A DNA stretch of 64,000 nt from NCBI GenBank assembly GCA_965197885.1, contig OZ240231.1, positions 1,166,369 through 1,230,368 of the forward strand, in the 5' to 3' direction. The notes beneath the pieces were generated by a model. That model did not search any database and was not told the origin of the DNA. It saw only the letters and a program-made list of their open reading frames with translations. Positions 27,844 through 39,100 of the stretch are shown here, in pieces. Each line of letters begins with the position of its first letter. Position 1 is the stretch's first letter. A program made the position numbers and the translations under genes. This DNA is from Thermodesulfobacteriota bacterium (lineage in GTDB: Bacteria > Desulfobacterota_D > UBA1144 > Nemesobacterales > Nemesobacteraceae).

Positions 27844-28998
27844 ATGCCTGATTCGGAGTTTGATCAGGATTTTTCCCAGGAACCCAAAGGGGAGATTCCT
27901 GACGAGGAAGCGGACAAGGAAACCGAGAATCCGCTCGCCGAGGCCCAGAAAACCTTCTTTGACGCGCTTCGGGACCTCAAGCAGAACCTTGATAACAACC
28001 AGAGCGAAATGGCTCCTCCAGAAGGCCAGGACGTGCCGAGCGATCCTACCGGAAACCCCCAGGACAGCGGAAACACGGAAAGAGAGGATAAATCCGCACG
28101 CGCCTACATGAGCAGCAAGTCTTCCAAGGCCGGAGAGGACGATGAAACGGTCATCCCGGGAAGGGGAAATTCGGAAACCGCCGAGAACATAAAACGCATC
28201 ATGAGAGTCCTCGAGGGCAACTTCCATAAAAGCATGGCCAAAAAAACCCCCCACCCGGGAGGTTCTCCGAGGAAATGGAAACGCATGTCCTCTTTTGACG
28301 AAATCGAGGACATAGATCCCGTCGAGGCGTTCATATGGTCCCAGCATACTTCCCCCAAGCTGCCGCGGGTTCATCTCCGCGAAAAAGAGACGCTCGGAGG
28401 AGAAATAGCCATACTCAGGGATATAAGCACTTCGATGATGGGAGTGTACAGCGAGTGGTCTTCATCCGTTGTAAAGGGAGTAATAGAGCTTGCGAGAAAA
28501 AAGAGAATGAGAATCGGCTATCTGGAATTTAACCACCGTTCCAGAAAACACGTGAAAAACTCGCGTTTTTTCACCAGGGATTACAGGTGGATAGAAAACC
28601 TCGCGGAAAAAACGGACTGCTCGGGCAATACCAACTACGAAGAAGCGCTGGGAGAAGCGCTCAAGGAGTTTCGCGGCAGAGGGCTTAGAAACAAGCATAT
28701 ACTCTTTATAACCGACGGGATTCCAACTTCCGGCGATGCGGAGGTGAAAAATGAAAGAAAACGCGCGAAAAGTATCGGCGTCTGCATACACTCCATATTC
28801 ATCGGGTCGAAAAACTACCCCGCAATACTTGAGAAAATCTCAAAGGAAACGATCGGAACACAGTTCATGGCCTCCAAGGGGCGGGACGACATAATACGCA
28901 TAGAGAGAAAAGACAGGGCTTACCTGCAGGCCGAGCAGGAAAAGATTGCCAAGTCGCAGCTTGATGGCTTCGCAAAAGCGTTCAGAGGAGAATTCTAA
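27844..28998 (+). CDS. von Willebrand factor A (VWA) domain protein with long acidic N-terminal region
   Basis: The MIDAS-type DxSxS motif appears as RDISTSM, followed by FITDGIPT. About 170 N-terminal residues are low-complexity and acidic. It is paired with MoxR upstream. Confidence 0.8.
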   Translation: MPDSEFDQDFSQEPKGEIPDEEADKETENPLAEAQKTFFDALRDLKQNLDNNQSEMAPPEGQDVPSDPTGNPQDSGNTEREDKSARAYMSSKSSKAGEDDETVIPGRGNSETAENIKRIMRVLEGNFHKSMAKKTPHPGGSPRKWKRMSSFDEIEDIDPVEAFIWSQHTSPKLPRVHLREKETLGGEIAILRDISTSMMGVYSEWSSSVVKGVIELARKKRMRIGYLEFNHRSRKHVKNSRFFTRDYRWIENLAEKTDCSGNTNYEEALGEALKEFRGRGLRNKHILFITDGIPTSGDAEVKNERKRAKSIGVCIHSIFIGSKNYPAILEKISKETIGTQFMASKGRDDIIRIERKDRAYLQAEQEKIAKSQLDGFAKAFRGEF

Positions 28999-29031
28999 CG
29001 CGCCCCTCAAAGACGCCTCTAACGTATAAGA

Positions 29032-30033
29032 TCACTGTTTTGCCTTCTTTAAAATCTTGTTCACGGCATTTATATGATCCCCGTATGTGCTTGAGAAAAT
29101 ATGGACCCCGTCCCCGTTTGAGACGAAGTAAAAATAGTCCACATCCGCCGGTTCAAGCGCCGCGCGGATTGAATCAAGACCGGGAGCCGCTATCGGACCC
29201 GGAGGGAGTCCCGAAACCACGTAGGTATTATAGGGGGAAGGGAAACTCAGGTCTTTTTTTCTAATATTGCCGTCAAACCTCTCTCCAAGGGCGTAAATCA
29301 CCGTAGGGTCGAATTCAAGCTTCATACCTGTTTTGAGCCGGTTGCGTATTACGGCGGAAACAAGGGACCTTTCCGGGGGAAAAGCTGTTTCTTTCTCTAT
29401 TAGTGAGGCGATTGTTACAATCTCCTTGATATCGGGTTCCGTATTTGCGATACCAAGCGTCGCGCAAGCCTCCCGAAACCTATTGAGCATCGTTTCAATT
29501 ACCTTTTCCGTGGCGCTGCTTTTTGCAAAAAAATAGGTGTCGGGAAAAAGAAATCCCTCAAGGCTCAAAACGTCTACACCAAGTTTTTCCGTGGAATACT
29601 CACTGCTTTTCGCAAGCGCGAGGAACTCTTTGCCGGAAACTATTTGTGAAGCCTCGAGAATCCCGGCCATCTTAGCGAGGGTAATTCCCTCAGGAAAAGT
29701 GACTTTCCTCAAGAACACTTCGCCACGGCGCAGCTTTCTGTGAACGGAATAAGGAGCCTCACCCGCCGAAAACACATATTCGCCGTGCTTAAGCTTCCCC
29801 TGAGTTCTGCTGAGAAAGGCCGGGAGAGAAAGAATCTCCGCCTTTCTTATCACTCCTTCTGCCTCAAGCTTCTTCGCTATGGATGATAGGCCGAAGCCTT
29901 GCGGTATCTCGACAATTTTTGTTTCCGCGGGGAAGCCGTCTAGGAAATAAAACCAGGCAGACAAGGTCAACAGAACAAAAACAAAAACCGCAAGCCCCGC
30001 TGAGAACCGGTTGAACCCACGAGTCCCGCTCAT
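29032..30033 (-). CDS. mltG: endolytic murein transglycosylase MltG (YceG-like)
   Basis: An N-terminal TM anchor is followed by a YceG-like core (LIEKET, SPYNTY, GLPPGPI). ATG 30033 overlaps the proB stop (ATGA). Confidence 0.85.
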   Translation of the reverse strand: MSGTRGFNRFSAGLAVFVFVLLTLSAWFYFLDGFPAETKIVEIPQGFGLSSIAKKLEAEGVIRKAEILSLPAFLSRTQGKLKHGEYVFSAGEAPYSVHRKLRRGEVFLRKVTFPEGITLAKMAGILEASQIVSGKEFLALAKSSEYSTEKLGVDVLSLEGFLFPDTYFFAKSSATEKVIETMLNRFREACATLGIANTEPDIKEIVTIASLIEKETAFPPERSLVSAVIRNRLKTGMKLEFDPTVIYALGERFDGNIRKKDLSFPSPYNTYVVSGLPPGPIAAPGLDSIRAALEPADVDYFYFVSNGDGVHIFSSTYGDHINAVNKILKKAKQ

Positions 30034-31199
30034 CTGGAGAGTATCACCATCTCGTTTCGGTGTATTATCTCGTCGCTGTACCTGTACCCAAGCACATCCT
30101 CTATTTCCGATGATTTCTTTCCGAGAATCTTCCTTACCTCTGAAGAACCGTAGGAACAAAGCCCCCTGGATATCTCAACTGCGGAGGAATTAAAGCAGCT
30201 GACAAGATCCCCTATTCCAAACTCCCCTTCAACTTCCTTTATGCCGGAAGGAAGAAGACTCCTGCCTTTTTTGGTAATCGCCTCGGCCGCACCCTCGTCC
30301 AGTATAAGTTTCCCTTGGGGCTTAAGAGTGTAGGCAATCCAGTGCTTTTTGCCTGTGAGCCTCTCCCTTGTCGGAAGTATTACGGTTCCGTACTCCTGGC
30401 CGTTAAAAATGTTAAGCAGGGAATCTTTTCTTTTTCCGTTTCCGATGATGGTGGGCACACCGAAGGCGGCGGCGGATCTTGCCGCCTGGATCTTGGTTCT
30501 CATCCCCCCGGAAGTGGTCTTGCCGAAAGTGTCCCCAGCAAAAGACTCTATTCTCGAATCTATCTCGGCAATCGTGGAAAGCAGCTTCGCGGTTTCGTCT
30601 TTGGCCGGGTCCTTGTCGAAAAAACCCTCCACGTCGCTTAGCAGCACTAAAAGGTCCGCCTCGGTAAGGGAAATCACAAGCGCCGCAAGGTTGTCATTAT
30701 CACCGAACATGATCTCCTCGAAGGAAACCGTGTCGTTTTCGTTTATGACGGGAATTATTTCCATCTCAAGCAGCCGCCTTATTGTCTTTCTCGAATTAAG
30801 GAACCTTTTCCTGTCGGAGAACCCGTCACGGGTGAGGAGAAGCTGCGCGACGTTCAGTCCGAATTTCGAAAAAGCCTCCTCGTAATTCCTGATAAGCTCG
30901 GTCTGGCCGCAGGCGGAGATCGCCTGTTTTACGTCTATTTCTCTTGGTTTGCTCGAAAGACCCAGTTTCTTCATGCCCGATGCTATGGCTCCCGAAGAAA
31001 CTATGATGGTCCTCACTCCCCTCTGCTTAAGGTCAAAAACCTGTCTTGCTATTTCCTTAAAAACGGACTCGTTAAGAGATCCGTCGCCGTGCGTAAGAAC
31101 GCTGCTTCCTATCTTGACGACGGCGGTTTTTACTTTTTTAATGAGATTTTTTCTTTCCTGCTCGTTCATGGCGGTCTCTATTCTACCCAAAAAATCCAT
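30030..31199 (-). CDS. proB: glutamate 5-kinase
   Basis: An amino-acid-kinase fold (VVKIGSSVLT, VSSGAI, NDTV) is followed by a C-terminal PUA domain. The start is ATG 31199 or 31169. The longer ORF-track N-terminus is antisense to tRNA-Gly and is rejected. Confidence 0.9.
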   Translation of the reverse strand: MDFLGRIETAMNEQERKNLIKKVKTAVVKIGSSVLTHGDGSLNESVFKEIARQVFDLKQRGVRTIIVSSGAIASGMKKLGLSSKPREIDVKQAISACGQTELIRNYEEAFSKFGLNVAQLLLTRDGFSDRKRFLNSRKTIRRLLEMEIIPVINENDTVSFEEIMFGDNDNLAALVISLTEADLLVLLSDVEGFFDKDPAKDETAKLLSTIAEIDSRIESFAGDTFGKTTSGGMRTKIQAARSAAAFGVPTIIGNGKRKDSLLNIFNGQEYGTVILPTRERLTGKKHWIAYTLKPQGKLILDEGAAEAITKKGRSLLPSGIKEVEGEFGIGDLVSCFNSSAVEISRGLCSYGSSEVRKILGKKSSEIEDVLGYRYSDEIIHRNEMVILSR

Positions 31200-31250
31200 C
31201 CTATTTGACAATAACAGTGCCCCTTGATATCTTTTCAGTTCGCTTTTATT

Positions 31251-31327
31251 GCGGGAATAGCTCAGTTGGCTAGAGCGTCTCCTTGCCAAGGAGAAGGTCG
31301 CGGGTTCGAATCCCGTTTCCCGCTCCA
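31251..31327 (+). tRNA. tRNA-Gly (GCC)
   Basis: The cloverleaf was folded by eye. The acceptor is GCGGGAA/TTCCCGC, the anticodon loop is CTTGCCAA, the T-loop is GGTTCGAATCC and the discriminator is U. CCA is encoded. Confidence 0.9.
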
Positions 31328-31346
31328 CTCCCGCAGATTGTCTCGC

Positions 31347-32084
31347 TCAGATCCCGGTTGCTTCGAAAAATTCGCCGATCTTCTCGCGGATCACTATATC
31401 AGCCTCGTCATCAAAAGGAGTCTCCATCAGGTTTATGATCACAAGCGCGGCCCCCCTGGAGAGAGCCAGACGGGGAAGTCCGCTTGCCGGAGCAACCAGA
31501 AGGGAAGAACCCATAACGATAAGAGCCTCGGAACTTGAGACTAGGTCAACCGATTTCTCCCACGGTTCCTCGGGAAGAGCTTCTCCGAAAAAAACGGCGT
31601 CGGGTTTCAAAATTCCCCCGCATTGGGAACAGAGCGGAGGGTTTTCTCCCTCAGCGACGCTGCTCATCGCATCTTCCATCGGATAATACTCCCGGCACTG
31701 GAGGCAGACGACACGTCTTAGGGAACCGTGGAGTTCAAACACGTTCTCGGAACCCGCCTTTGTGTGCAGGCCGTCCACGTTCTGCGTTATAACGCCCTTA
31801 AGCCAGCCCTTTTTCTCAAGACGCACAAGCGCGTAGTGAGCCGCGTTGGGTTCGGCGGCCGCCCTCACCGGATAGGATTCCATAGCGTATGAGTAGTAGT
31901 TCTCGGGATTTCTCAAAAACCCGGGGAGTGAGACCACCGACTGATCCATTTTTTCCCAGAGACCGGTTCCGGGAGAACGGTAGTCGGGTATTCCGGATTC
32001 GGTGCTTATTCCGGCTCCCGTGAAGGCAACGGCCCCCTGGGTCTCCTCAAGCAGTTCCAGAAAAAGCTCGACTTCTCTTTCCAT
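31347..32084 (-). CDS. cobB: NAD-dependent protein deacylase (Sir2 family)
   Basis: The motifs GAGISTESGIPDYRS, QNVDGLH and HG are present, along with the zinc ribbon CxxC...CxxC (CLQC...CSQC). Confidence 0.9.
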   Translation of the reverse strand: MEREVELFLELLEETQGAVAFTGAGISTESGIPDYRSPGTGLWEKMDQSVVSLPGFLRNPENYYSYAMESYPVRAAAEPNAAHYALVRLEKKGWLKGVITQNVDGLHTKAGSENVFELHGSLRRVVCLQCREYYPMEDAMSSVAEGENPPLCSQCGGILKPDAVFFGEALPEEPWEKSVDLVSSSEALIVMGSSLLVAPASGLPRLALSRGAALVIINLMETPFDDEADIVIREKIGEFFEATGI

Positions 32085-32099
32085 AAAATACGCCCGGCA

Positions 32100-32705
32100 C
32101 TACCCGGCAAAAGCAATAAAGTTCCGAGTTCCCTCGACGCTTCCGCACCATCTTCTAACCGACGGATACGCTTCCAGATCAAAACCCCCTTCCCCGCAAA
32201 GCATCGTGTAGGGATAACACGCGATGTCGGCTATGGAGTAATCACCGCAGAGAAACTCGGTTCGGGAAAGGTGATCTTCAAGAATCCCAAGCGCGACGTT
32301 TCCCTGCGCGTGAAGCTTCTCCATAGTTCCCGGCGGCACCTGATCAGGGGGCAGGAACTTCACGAAATACCTGGCAAGCGCCAAATTCGGATCTATAGTC
32401 GTCTTTCCGAAAAAAGTCCACTGCGCGATAAGACCGTAGGTCTCCGGATCATCGGACAGGTAGGGGTTCGGAGAAAACTTCTTTGCCAGATAGAAAAGTA
32501 TGGCGTTTGATTCCCACATGACAAAATCCCCGTCCGAAAGAACCGGAATCTTGCAGTTGGGATTAAGCGCGGAGAATTTCTCTTTTTTATGTTCCCCCGC
32601 GAATATGTCAACCGTTACTCCCTCGTATTCGACCGAAAGCTGGTGCAAGAGAAGCTTCGCCTTGTAGGCGTTTCCAGAAAGCGGATGTTCATACAGTTTC
32701 ATCAT
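32100..32705 (-). CDS. glutathione S-transferase
   Basis: A thioredoxin-like N-domain (KLYEHPLSGNAYK...IPVL...ESNAILFYL) is followed by a helical C-domain. Length is 201 aa. Confidence 0.85.
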   Translation of the reverse strand: MMKLYEHPLSGNAYKAKLLLHQLSVEYEGVTVDIFAGEHKKEKFSALNPNCKIPVLSDGDFVMWESNAILFYLAKKFSPNPYLSDDPETYGLIAQWTFFGKTTIDPNLALARYFVKFLPPDQVPPGTMEKLHAQGNVALGILEDHLSRTEFLCGDYSIADIACYPYTMLCGEGGFDLEAYPSVRRWCGSVEGTRNFIAFAG

Positions 32706-32706
32706 A

Positions 32707-33201
32707 TTAGTCTCTCACATATTGTAAAAATTCTTCACCTAGGCACTCTGGACCCAGTATTTCACGCAGAGTTTCTTTTCGGGGAAACACATAGGTTATA
32801 GCAGCGCTTGCCAGCTCGGTTCCATCCTCATCCCTTATGACCGAATCAACCTCGACCCGCCTTCCCCTGATTTCCCTTATCTTTGCTCTCACGTCAAGGG
32901 TTCTGCCACTCGGAACCTTTTTCATGTAAACCATGTCTATCTTTGCCGTTAGGGCAATCTTGCGGGTTTCATTGAACATGGCCCAGAAAGAAACCTCGTC
33001 GACAAGCGTACACTGCACTCCCCCGTGCACTATCCCCGGCCATCCGGAAAAATGCTCCTCGGTACAGACGGTAGTGAATACCTCGTCGGTTTCCTGGTCA
33101 TGAAAAAACTTGAGGCGAAGTCCGTGCTCGTTGTGCGGGCCGCAGGCAAAGCAATTATAGCCAGGAAAACTGGAGAGCACGTTTTCAATTTCCTTTACCA
33201 T
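32707..33201 (-). CDS. PaaI-family hotdog-fold thioesterase
   Basis: The motifs CFACGP.N..GL and HGG....L.DE are typical of PaaI-type thioesterases. Length is 164 aa. Confidence 0.75.
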   Translation of the reverse strand: MVKEIENVLSSFPGYNCFACGPHNEHGLRLKFFHDQETDEVFTTVCTEEHFSGWPGIVHGGVQCTLVDEVSFWAMFNETRKIALTAKIDMVYMKKVPSGRTLDVRAKIREIRGRRVEVDSVIRDEDGTELASAAITYVFPRKETLREILGPECLGEEFLQYVRD

Positions 33202-35633
33202 CAGTTCCCCTCGGCAACTCTCGCAACCGCAGCCACAAGCTCGTCGGGCTCAAGGTTTATGACCTTTACCCCCTGGGTGCTGCGCCCCGTGTTGCGTATC
33301 TCGGAAACGCTCGTTCTTATAATCTTGCCGCCTTGGTTGCTTATAAGCATTATCTCCGTGTCGTCATCCACCTGAAACGCTCCCACCACCCTTCCGTTTC
33401 GCTCGGTTATGTTGACGGTCTTGACCCCAAAACCTCCCCTCTTGGTAAGCCTGTACTCGGAGATTCTGGTACGCTTGCCGTAACCCATCTCCGTTATGGT
33501 AAGTATCTGCGCGTTCTGGTTCCCTATGACCTCAAGGCTCACCACCTCGTCGCCTTCTCTGAGATTTATACCCTTAACGCCGATTGACACTCTGCCCACA
33601 TTCCTTACGTCAGTTCCCTTGAACCTGATCGCCTGACCCTTCCTTGAAGTGAGCAGTACCTCGTCATCCTCGGAAGCAAGCGCCGCACCCTCGAGCTCGT
33701 CCCCCTCGCGTATGCTAAGAGCGATTATTCCCCCAACGCGCGGGTGGGAATAGGCCTTAAGCTTCGTTTTCTTAACGATTCCGTTTCGAGTCGCCATGAG
33801 TATGGAAACATCGTCGCCGAAATCCTTAACCGGCAGCACGGCCGCCACCTTCTCCCCCTTGTCAAGGTTAAGGAGGTTCACCATGGCTCTTCCGCGCGCC
33901 GTCGGGGAAGACTCCGGAACCTGATAAACCTTAAGCCAGTAGCATTTCCCGAAGCTTGAGAAAAACAGAATGCTGTTGTGTCTTGACGCCGTGAACAGGT
34001 CGTTAACGAAATCGGTGTCCCTGGTGCTCATTCCGGTTCTTCCCCTGCCGCCCCTTCTCTGGTTCCGGTAAACGCTAAGCGGTATGCTCTTTATGTAACC
34101 ACCGTAAGTGGTGGTAACCACCATCTCCTCGTCTGTTATAAGATCCTCGATGGATATCTCCCTGACATCCTCGACGATCTCAGTTCTCCTCGCATCCCCG
34201 AACTTCTCCCTGAGCTCTGTAAGTTCCTCGACCGCAAGATCGAGTATCAGCTTTTCGCTTCCTAGTATTTCTCTGAGTTTTGCCACGGTCTCGATAAGCT
34301 CGCGCCTCTCTTCAAGTATCTTATCCCTCTCAAGGGCCGTAAGTCTCTGAAGACGCATCTCCAAAATGGCCTGGGCCTGCCGTTCCGAAAGCGAAAACGT
34401 CCGCACGAGACCCGCTCTCGCGACCGCCGGACTCTCAGAACCTTTTATGAGTTCGACGATTTCATCTAAGTTATCAAGAGCGATCTTGAACCCCTCGAGA
34501 AGGTGAAGTCGTTCCTCCGCCTTTCTAAGCTCGTACTGGGTTCTTCGGGTAATTACTTCCTTTCTGTGCTCTATAAAGTGGGCAAGGAGTTCCTTTAAGT
34601 TAAGAACCTTCGGCTGGTTTCTCACAAGCGCGAGCATTATGATGCCAAAAGAGGTGTACATCTGCGTATGCTTGTAAAGCTGGTTGAGAACCACCTGGGC
34701 GTGTTCTCCTAACTTCACATCGATAACGAGCCTTATTCCTTCCCTGTCGGATTCATCCCTTATGTCGGATATGCCCTTTATTTTTTCCTCCCTTACGAGC
34801 TCGGCGATTTTCTGGGCCAGCCGCGCCTTGTTAACCTGGTAGGGAAGCTCGGTGACAATTATCACATCCCTGTCCCCTCTTTTCTGCTTCTCTATAAGAA
34901 CCTTGGCCCTCATCCTGACTATTCCGCGGCCGGTGGTGTAGGCGGAGCGGATGTCATCGCGACCGCTCACAAAACCCCCCGTGGGGAAATCCGGCCCCGG
35001 CATGATCTCAATAAGTCTGTCAATGGTGATGTCGGGGTTACGTATCTGGGCAACTACGGCGTCAAGAAGCTCCCCGAGGTTATGAGGAGGAATGTTGGTT
35101 GACATGCCCACCGCGATTCCCGAAGAACCGTTTAGAAGCAGGTTCGGCACTTTGGTCGGCAGTACGCTCGGCTCAAGTTCTCCCCCGTCGTAGTTCGGAT
35201 AGAATTCAACCGTCTCCTTATCCAGATCTTCAAGGATCTCAGAAGAGATTCTTGAAAGCCTTACTTCCGTGTAGCGCATGGCCGCCGGACTGTCCCCGTC
35301 AACGGAACCGAAATTGCCTTGTCCGTCGACAAGCGGAATCCTCATGGAGAAATCCTGCGCCATCCTGACAAGAGAATCGTAGATTGCCGAGTCTCCGTGA
35401 GGATGATATTTACCCATTACGTCCCCCACAACCCTCGCGGATTTCTTGTAGGGACGGTTCCAAACGTTTCCGACCTCGTTCATTCCGTAGAGAATTCTCC
35501 TGTGAACGGGCTTGAGTCCGTCGCGCACGTCGGGAAGAGCCCTTCCGACTATCACGCTCATGGAGTAGCTGAGATAGGACTCCTTCATCTCATCTTCAAT
35601 GTTTACAGTCTGCACTCTGGATAAAGTGTCCAT
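33201..35633 (-). CDS. gyrA: DNA gyrase subunit A
   Basis: The N-terminus carries [24 protein letters not shown] and the QRDR-type segment [10 protein letters not shown], followed by C-terminal beta-pinwheel repeats. Length is 810 aa. Confidence 0.98.
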   Translation of the reverse strand: MDTLSRVQTVNIEDEMKESYLSYSMSVIVGRALPDVRDGLKPVHRRILYGMNEVGNVWNRPYKKSARVVGDVMGKYHPHGDSAIYDSLVRMAQDFSMRIPLVDGQGNFGSVDGDSPAAMRYTEVRLSRISSEILEDLDKETVEFYPNYDGGELEPSVLPTKVPNLLLNGSSGIAVGMSTNIPPHNLGELLDAVVAQIRNPDITIDRLIEIMPGPDFPTGGFVSGRDDIRSAYTTGRGIVRMRAKVLIEKQKRGDRDVIIVTELPYQVNKARLAQKIAELVREEKIKGISDIRDESDREGIRLVIDVKLGEHAQVVLNQLYKHTQMYTSFGIIMLALVRNQPKVLNLKELLAHFIEHRKEVITRRTQYELRKAEERLHLLEGFKIALDNLDEIVELIKGSESPAVARAGLVRTFSLSERQAQAILEMRLQRLTALERDKILEERRELIETVAKLREILGSEKLILDLAVEELTELREKFGDARRTEIVEDVREISIEDLITDEEMVVTTTYGGYIKSIPLSVYRNQRRGGRGRTGMSTRDTDFVNDLFTASRHNSILFFSSFGKCYWLKVYQVPESSPTARGRAMVNLLNLDKGEKVAAVLPVKDFGDDVSILMATRNGIVKKTKLKAYSHPRVGGIIALSIREGDELEGAALASEDDEVLLTSRKGQAIRFKGTDVRNVGRVSIGVKGINLREGDEVVSLEVIGNQNAQILTITEMGYGKRTRISEYRLTKRGGFGVKTVNITERNGRVVGAFQVDDDTEIMLISNQGGKIIRTSVSEIRNTGRSTQGVKVINLEPDELVAAVARVAEGN

Positions 35634-36119
35634 TACTGAAAAAAAACCTCCGGAGGAAAGAAAAAGGATGCTTGTGAGATAAACCGGTTGATGAGATATT
35701 TTACACGAATAAATCAGGGGCTTCTAGAGTAAAACACGGACTTTGTCGGCAAGCCATCCGGGTTGTAAAGTTCGTTTTAAAAAGATATAACAGGCTCAGC
35801 CCGAATCAACTTAGCTCACCCCGAGAGCAGAAGATACCGGTCAACTGCATTATCATGTTTCCAACGCAGTACTAGGCTTGTCCATCGTTCTACACCCAGA
35901 CGGGGACGTCACACTAGATCCACCCCACAATCAATACTTTCCACAGACAGTTGCAGCACGGAATGGTCTTAGGAACGGTGCCACAATTCATATCCGGCAA
36001 GAAGTCCTTGACTTTAGAATGCTGATTGCCATACCATTTTAAATTTAAAATTTTTACTACTTAATGGTTATTGCAACTTTTGACAAGTTTATTTCTAACA
36101 CATTATCTCAAGTGTTCAA

Positions 36120-39100
36120 TTGAACAGAAAAAAGAGAATACCAAAAAAAGATTATGGATTTCCCCTGATCAGCAACCGTTCCGAGTGGGACAATCATAAG
36201 GCTTTGCGCCTTCTATTTCTGCTTGTCTTCTTGGTGGTTGCCTGCGGCGGTGGCGAGGAGAAACCGAATCTGAACGAATCCGAAAGGCCCCCTGCTGAAC
36301 CAACTTTACCGGAAGTTCTCCCTGAACCAACACCACAACCCCCTCCTCAGTCAACACCAACACCACAACCCCCTCCTCAGTCAACACCAACACCACAACC
36401 CCCTCCTCAGTCAACACCAACACCACAACCCCCTCCTCAGTCAACACCAACACCACAACCCCCTCCTCGAAAAAGCGCAAACGCGAATTTATCGAGCTTG
36501 GTTCTTTCAGACATAAGCATCAGTTTCTCCGTAGCCAATACTTCCTACACCGCAGATGTGCCAAACACGGTGACCGGTACAACGGTTACCGCGGTTGCGG
36601 AGGATACAAACGCGAATGTGAGTATAAGCCCCTCTCCCGTAGTAAACCTGAATGTAGGAGCAAACGTGATAACAGTTACGGTCACAGCTGAAAACGGCAC
36701 CGTGAAGGTCTACACCGTCACTGTAAACCGCGAGAAAAGCGCAAACGCGAATTTATCGAGCTTGGTTCTTTCAGACGTAAGCATCAGTTTCTCCGTAGCT
36801 AATACTTCCTACACCGTGGACGTGCCAAACACGGTGACCAGTACAACGGTTACCGCGGTTGCGGAGGATACTAACGCGAACGTGAGTATAAGCCCCTCTC
36901 CCGTAGTAAACCTGAATGTAGGAGCAAACGTGATAACAGTTACGGTCACGGCTGAAAACGGCACCGTGAAGGTCTACACCGTCACTGTAAACCGCGAGAA
37001 AAGCGCAAACGCGAATTTATCGAGCTTGGTTCTTTCAGACGTAAGCATCAGTTTCTCCGCAGCTAATACTTCCTACACCGTGGACGTGCCAAACACGGTG
37101 ACCAGTACAACGGTTACCGCGGTTGCGGAGGATACAAACGCGAATGTGAGTATAAGCCCCTCTCCCGTAGTAAACCTGAATGTAGGAGCAAACGTGATAA
37201 CAGTTACGGTCACGGCTGAAAACGGCACCGTGAAGGTCTACACCGTCACTGTAAACCGCGAGAAAAGCGCAAACGCGAATTTATCGAGCTTGGTTCTTTC
37301 AGACGTAAGCATCAGTTTCTCCGCAGCTAATACTTCCTACACCGTGGACGTGCCAAACACGGTGACCAGTACAACGGTTACCGCGGTTGCGGAGGATACA
37401 AACGCGAATGTGAGTATAAGCCCCTCTCCCGTAGTAAACCTGAATGTAGGAGCAAACGTGATAACAGTTACGGTCACGGCTGAAAACGGCACCGTGAAGG
37501 TCTACACCGTCACTGTAAACCGCGAGAAAAGCGCAAACGCGAATTTATCGAGCTTGGTTCTTTCAGACGTAAGCATCAGTTTCTCCGCAGCTAATACTTC
37601 CTACACCGCGGACGTGCCAAACACGGTGACCAGTACAACGGTTACCGCGGTTGCGGAGGATACTAACGCGAACGTGAGTATAAGCCCCTCTCCCGTAGTA
37701 AACCTGAATGTAGGAGCAAACGTGATAACAGTTACGGTCACGGCTGAAAACGGCACCGTGAAGGTCTACACCGTCACTGTAAACCGTGAGAGGAACAAAA
37801 AGGCGGATTTATCGAGTTTGGTTCTTCGGCCCGTAGATATCACCAACTTTTCCGCAGATGAGATTTCTTACACCGTAGACGTGAAAATTACAGTGACCCA
37901 AATAACTGTTACCGCAGCTGCCGAGGATCCAAATGCAAGCGTGGAAATCTCCCCGCCTTCCCCAGTGGAAGATCTCGAAGTGGGAGAAAACGAGATAACC
38001 ATTACGGTTACGGTTGAAAACCTTTCGAGGACCTACACGGTTATTGTGAATGTTAAACCTACGGATTCTCTGCTCTCGGACATCTCTCTTCCCAGTGGCT
38101 TTTCCATTTCGTATTATTCAAATAAGGTGCCGAAGGCACGTTCGCTCGCTTTAGGGAGTGAAGGTACTTTGTTCGTCGGCACTAGAGACGACAACAACAT
38201 CTATGCTCTTGTCGATGAAAACGACGATAATTATGCTGAAGTGGTCTATGAAGTGGCGAATAATATTTCCGGTCCAAACGGGGTGGCGTTTAAAGACGGA
38301 GATCTTTACGTCGCCCAACGCGACAGGATTATCCGCTATGTGGATATAGAGGACTATCTTTCATCCCCACCAACCCCCCAAGTCGTAATCAGCATGCTCC
38401 CGGCGGGTTCAGGGCACTGGTGGAAATTTCTGGGGTTCGGACCTGATGGAAAGCTCTATGTTTCCTCCGGAGCACCGTGTAATGTCTGCGAAAGTGAAAA
38501 CGAGCAGTACGCCACAATTCTAAGAATGGATTCGGACGGGACAGATCTTGAGGTCTTCGCGCACGGAGTAAGAAACACCGTGGGTTTTGACTGGCATCCG
38601 GACTCGGATGACCTCTGGTTTACCGATAACGGAAGAGATAATATCAGTACCAATACGGAAATTAATGACAACAGTCCCCCGGACGAACTTAACCGTGCTG
38701 ACAGTGCGGGACTTGATTTCGGTTTTCCGTACTGCCACGGAGAAGATGTCATGGATCCGGACTTCGGTTCGGAGGATAATCCCTGCGATGGATTCACCGC
38801 TCCCCAGTGGGAACTGCCTGCGCATGTCGCACCACTGGGAATGCGGTTCTATACGGGTTCCATGTTTCCCGCGTCCTGGGAAAACGTGATCTTCATTGCG
38901 GAGCACGGCTCGTGGAACAGAAGCACACCTGTAGGATACAGGGTAACCTCGGTAAAACTCGATGAAGACGGGGAAGCGTCTTCATATGAGGTTTTCGCGG
39001 AAGGATGGCTCGAAAACGACGGAACCGCCTGGGGAAGGCCCGTTGATGTGCTTGTCGCCTCTGACGGGGCGTTGCTCGTATCCGACGACCGCAAGGGTGC

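Noticed and set aside
30030-31328. The ORF-track version of proB has a 43-53 aa N-terminal extension (MERETGFEPATFSLARRRSSQLSY...).
   Set aside because: The extension is the antisense translation of tRNA-Gly (31251-31327). The conserved kinase N-terminus begins at the internal ATGs (31199 or 31169).
36169-36480. A 103-aa minus-strand ORF with (EEGVVVLVLT)n repeats.
   Set aside because: It is the antisense reading of the 30-bp Pro-rich repeat in the lipoprotein gene.
36331-38054. Whether the regular 30-bp and 264-bp repeats could be a CRISPR array.
   Set aside because: The repeats are directly abutting with no unique spacers. They are in frame within one long ORF and encode recognisable protein domains.
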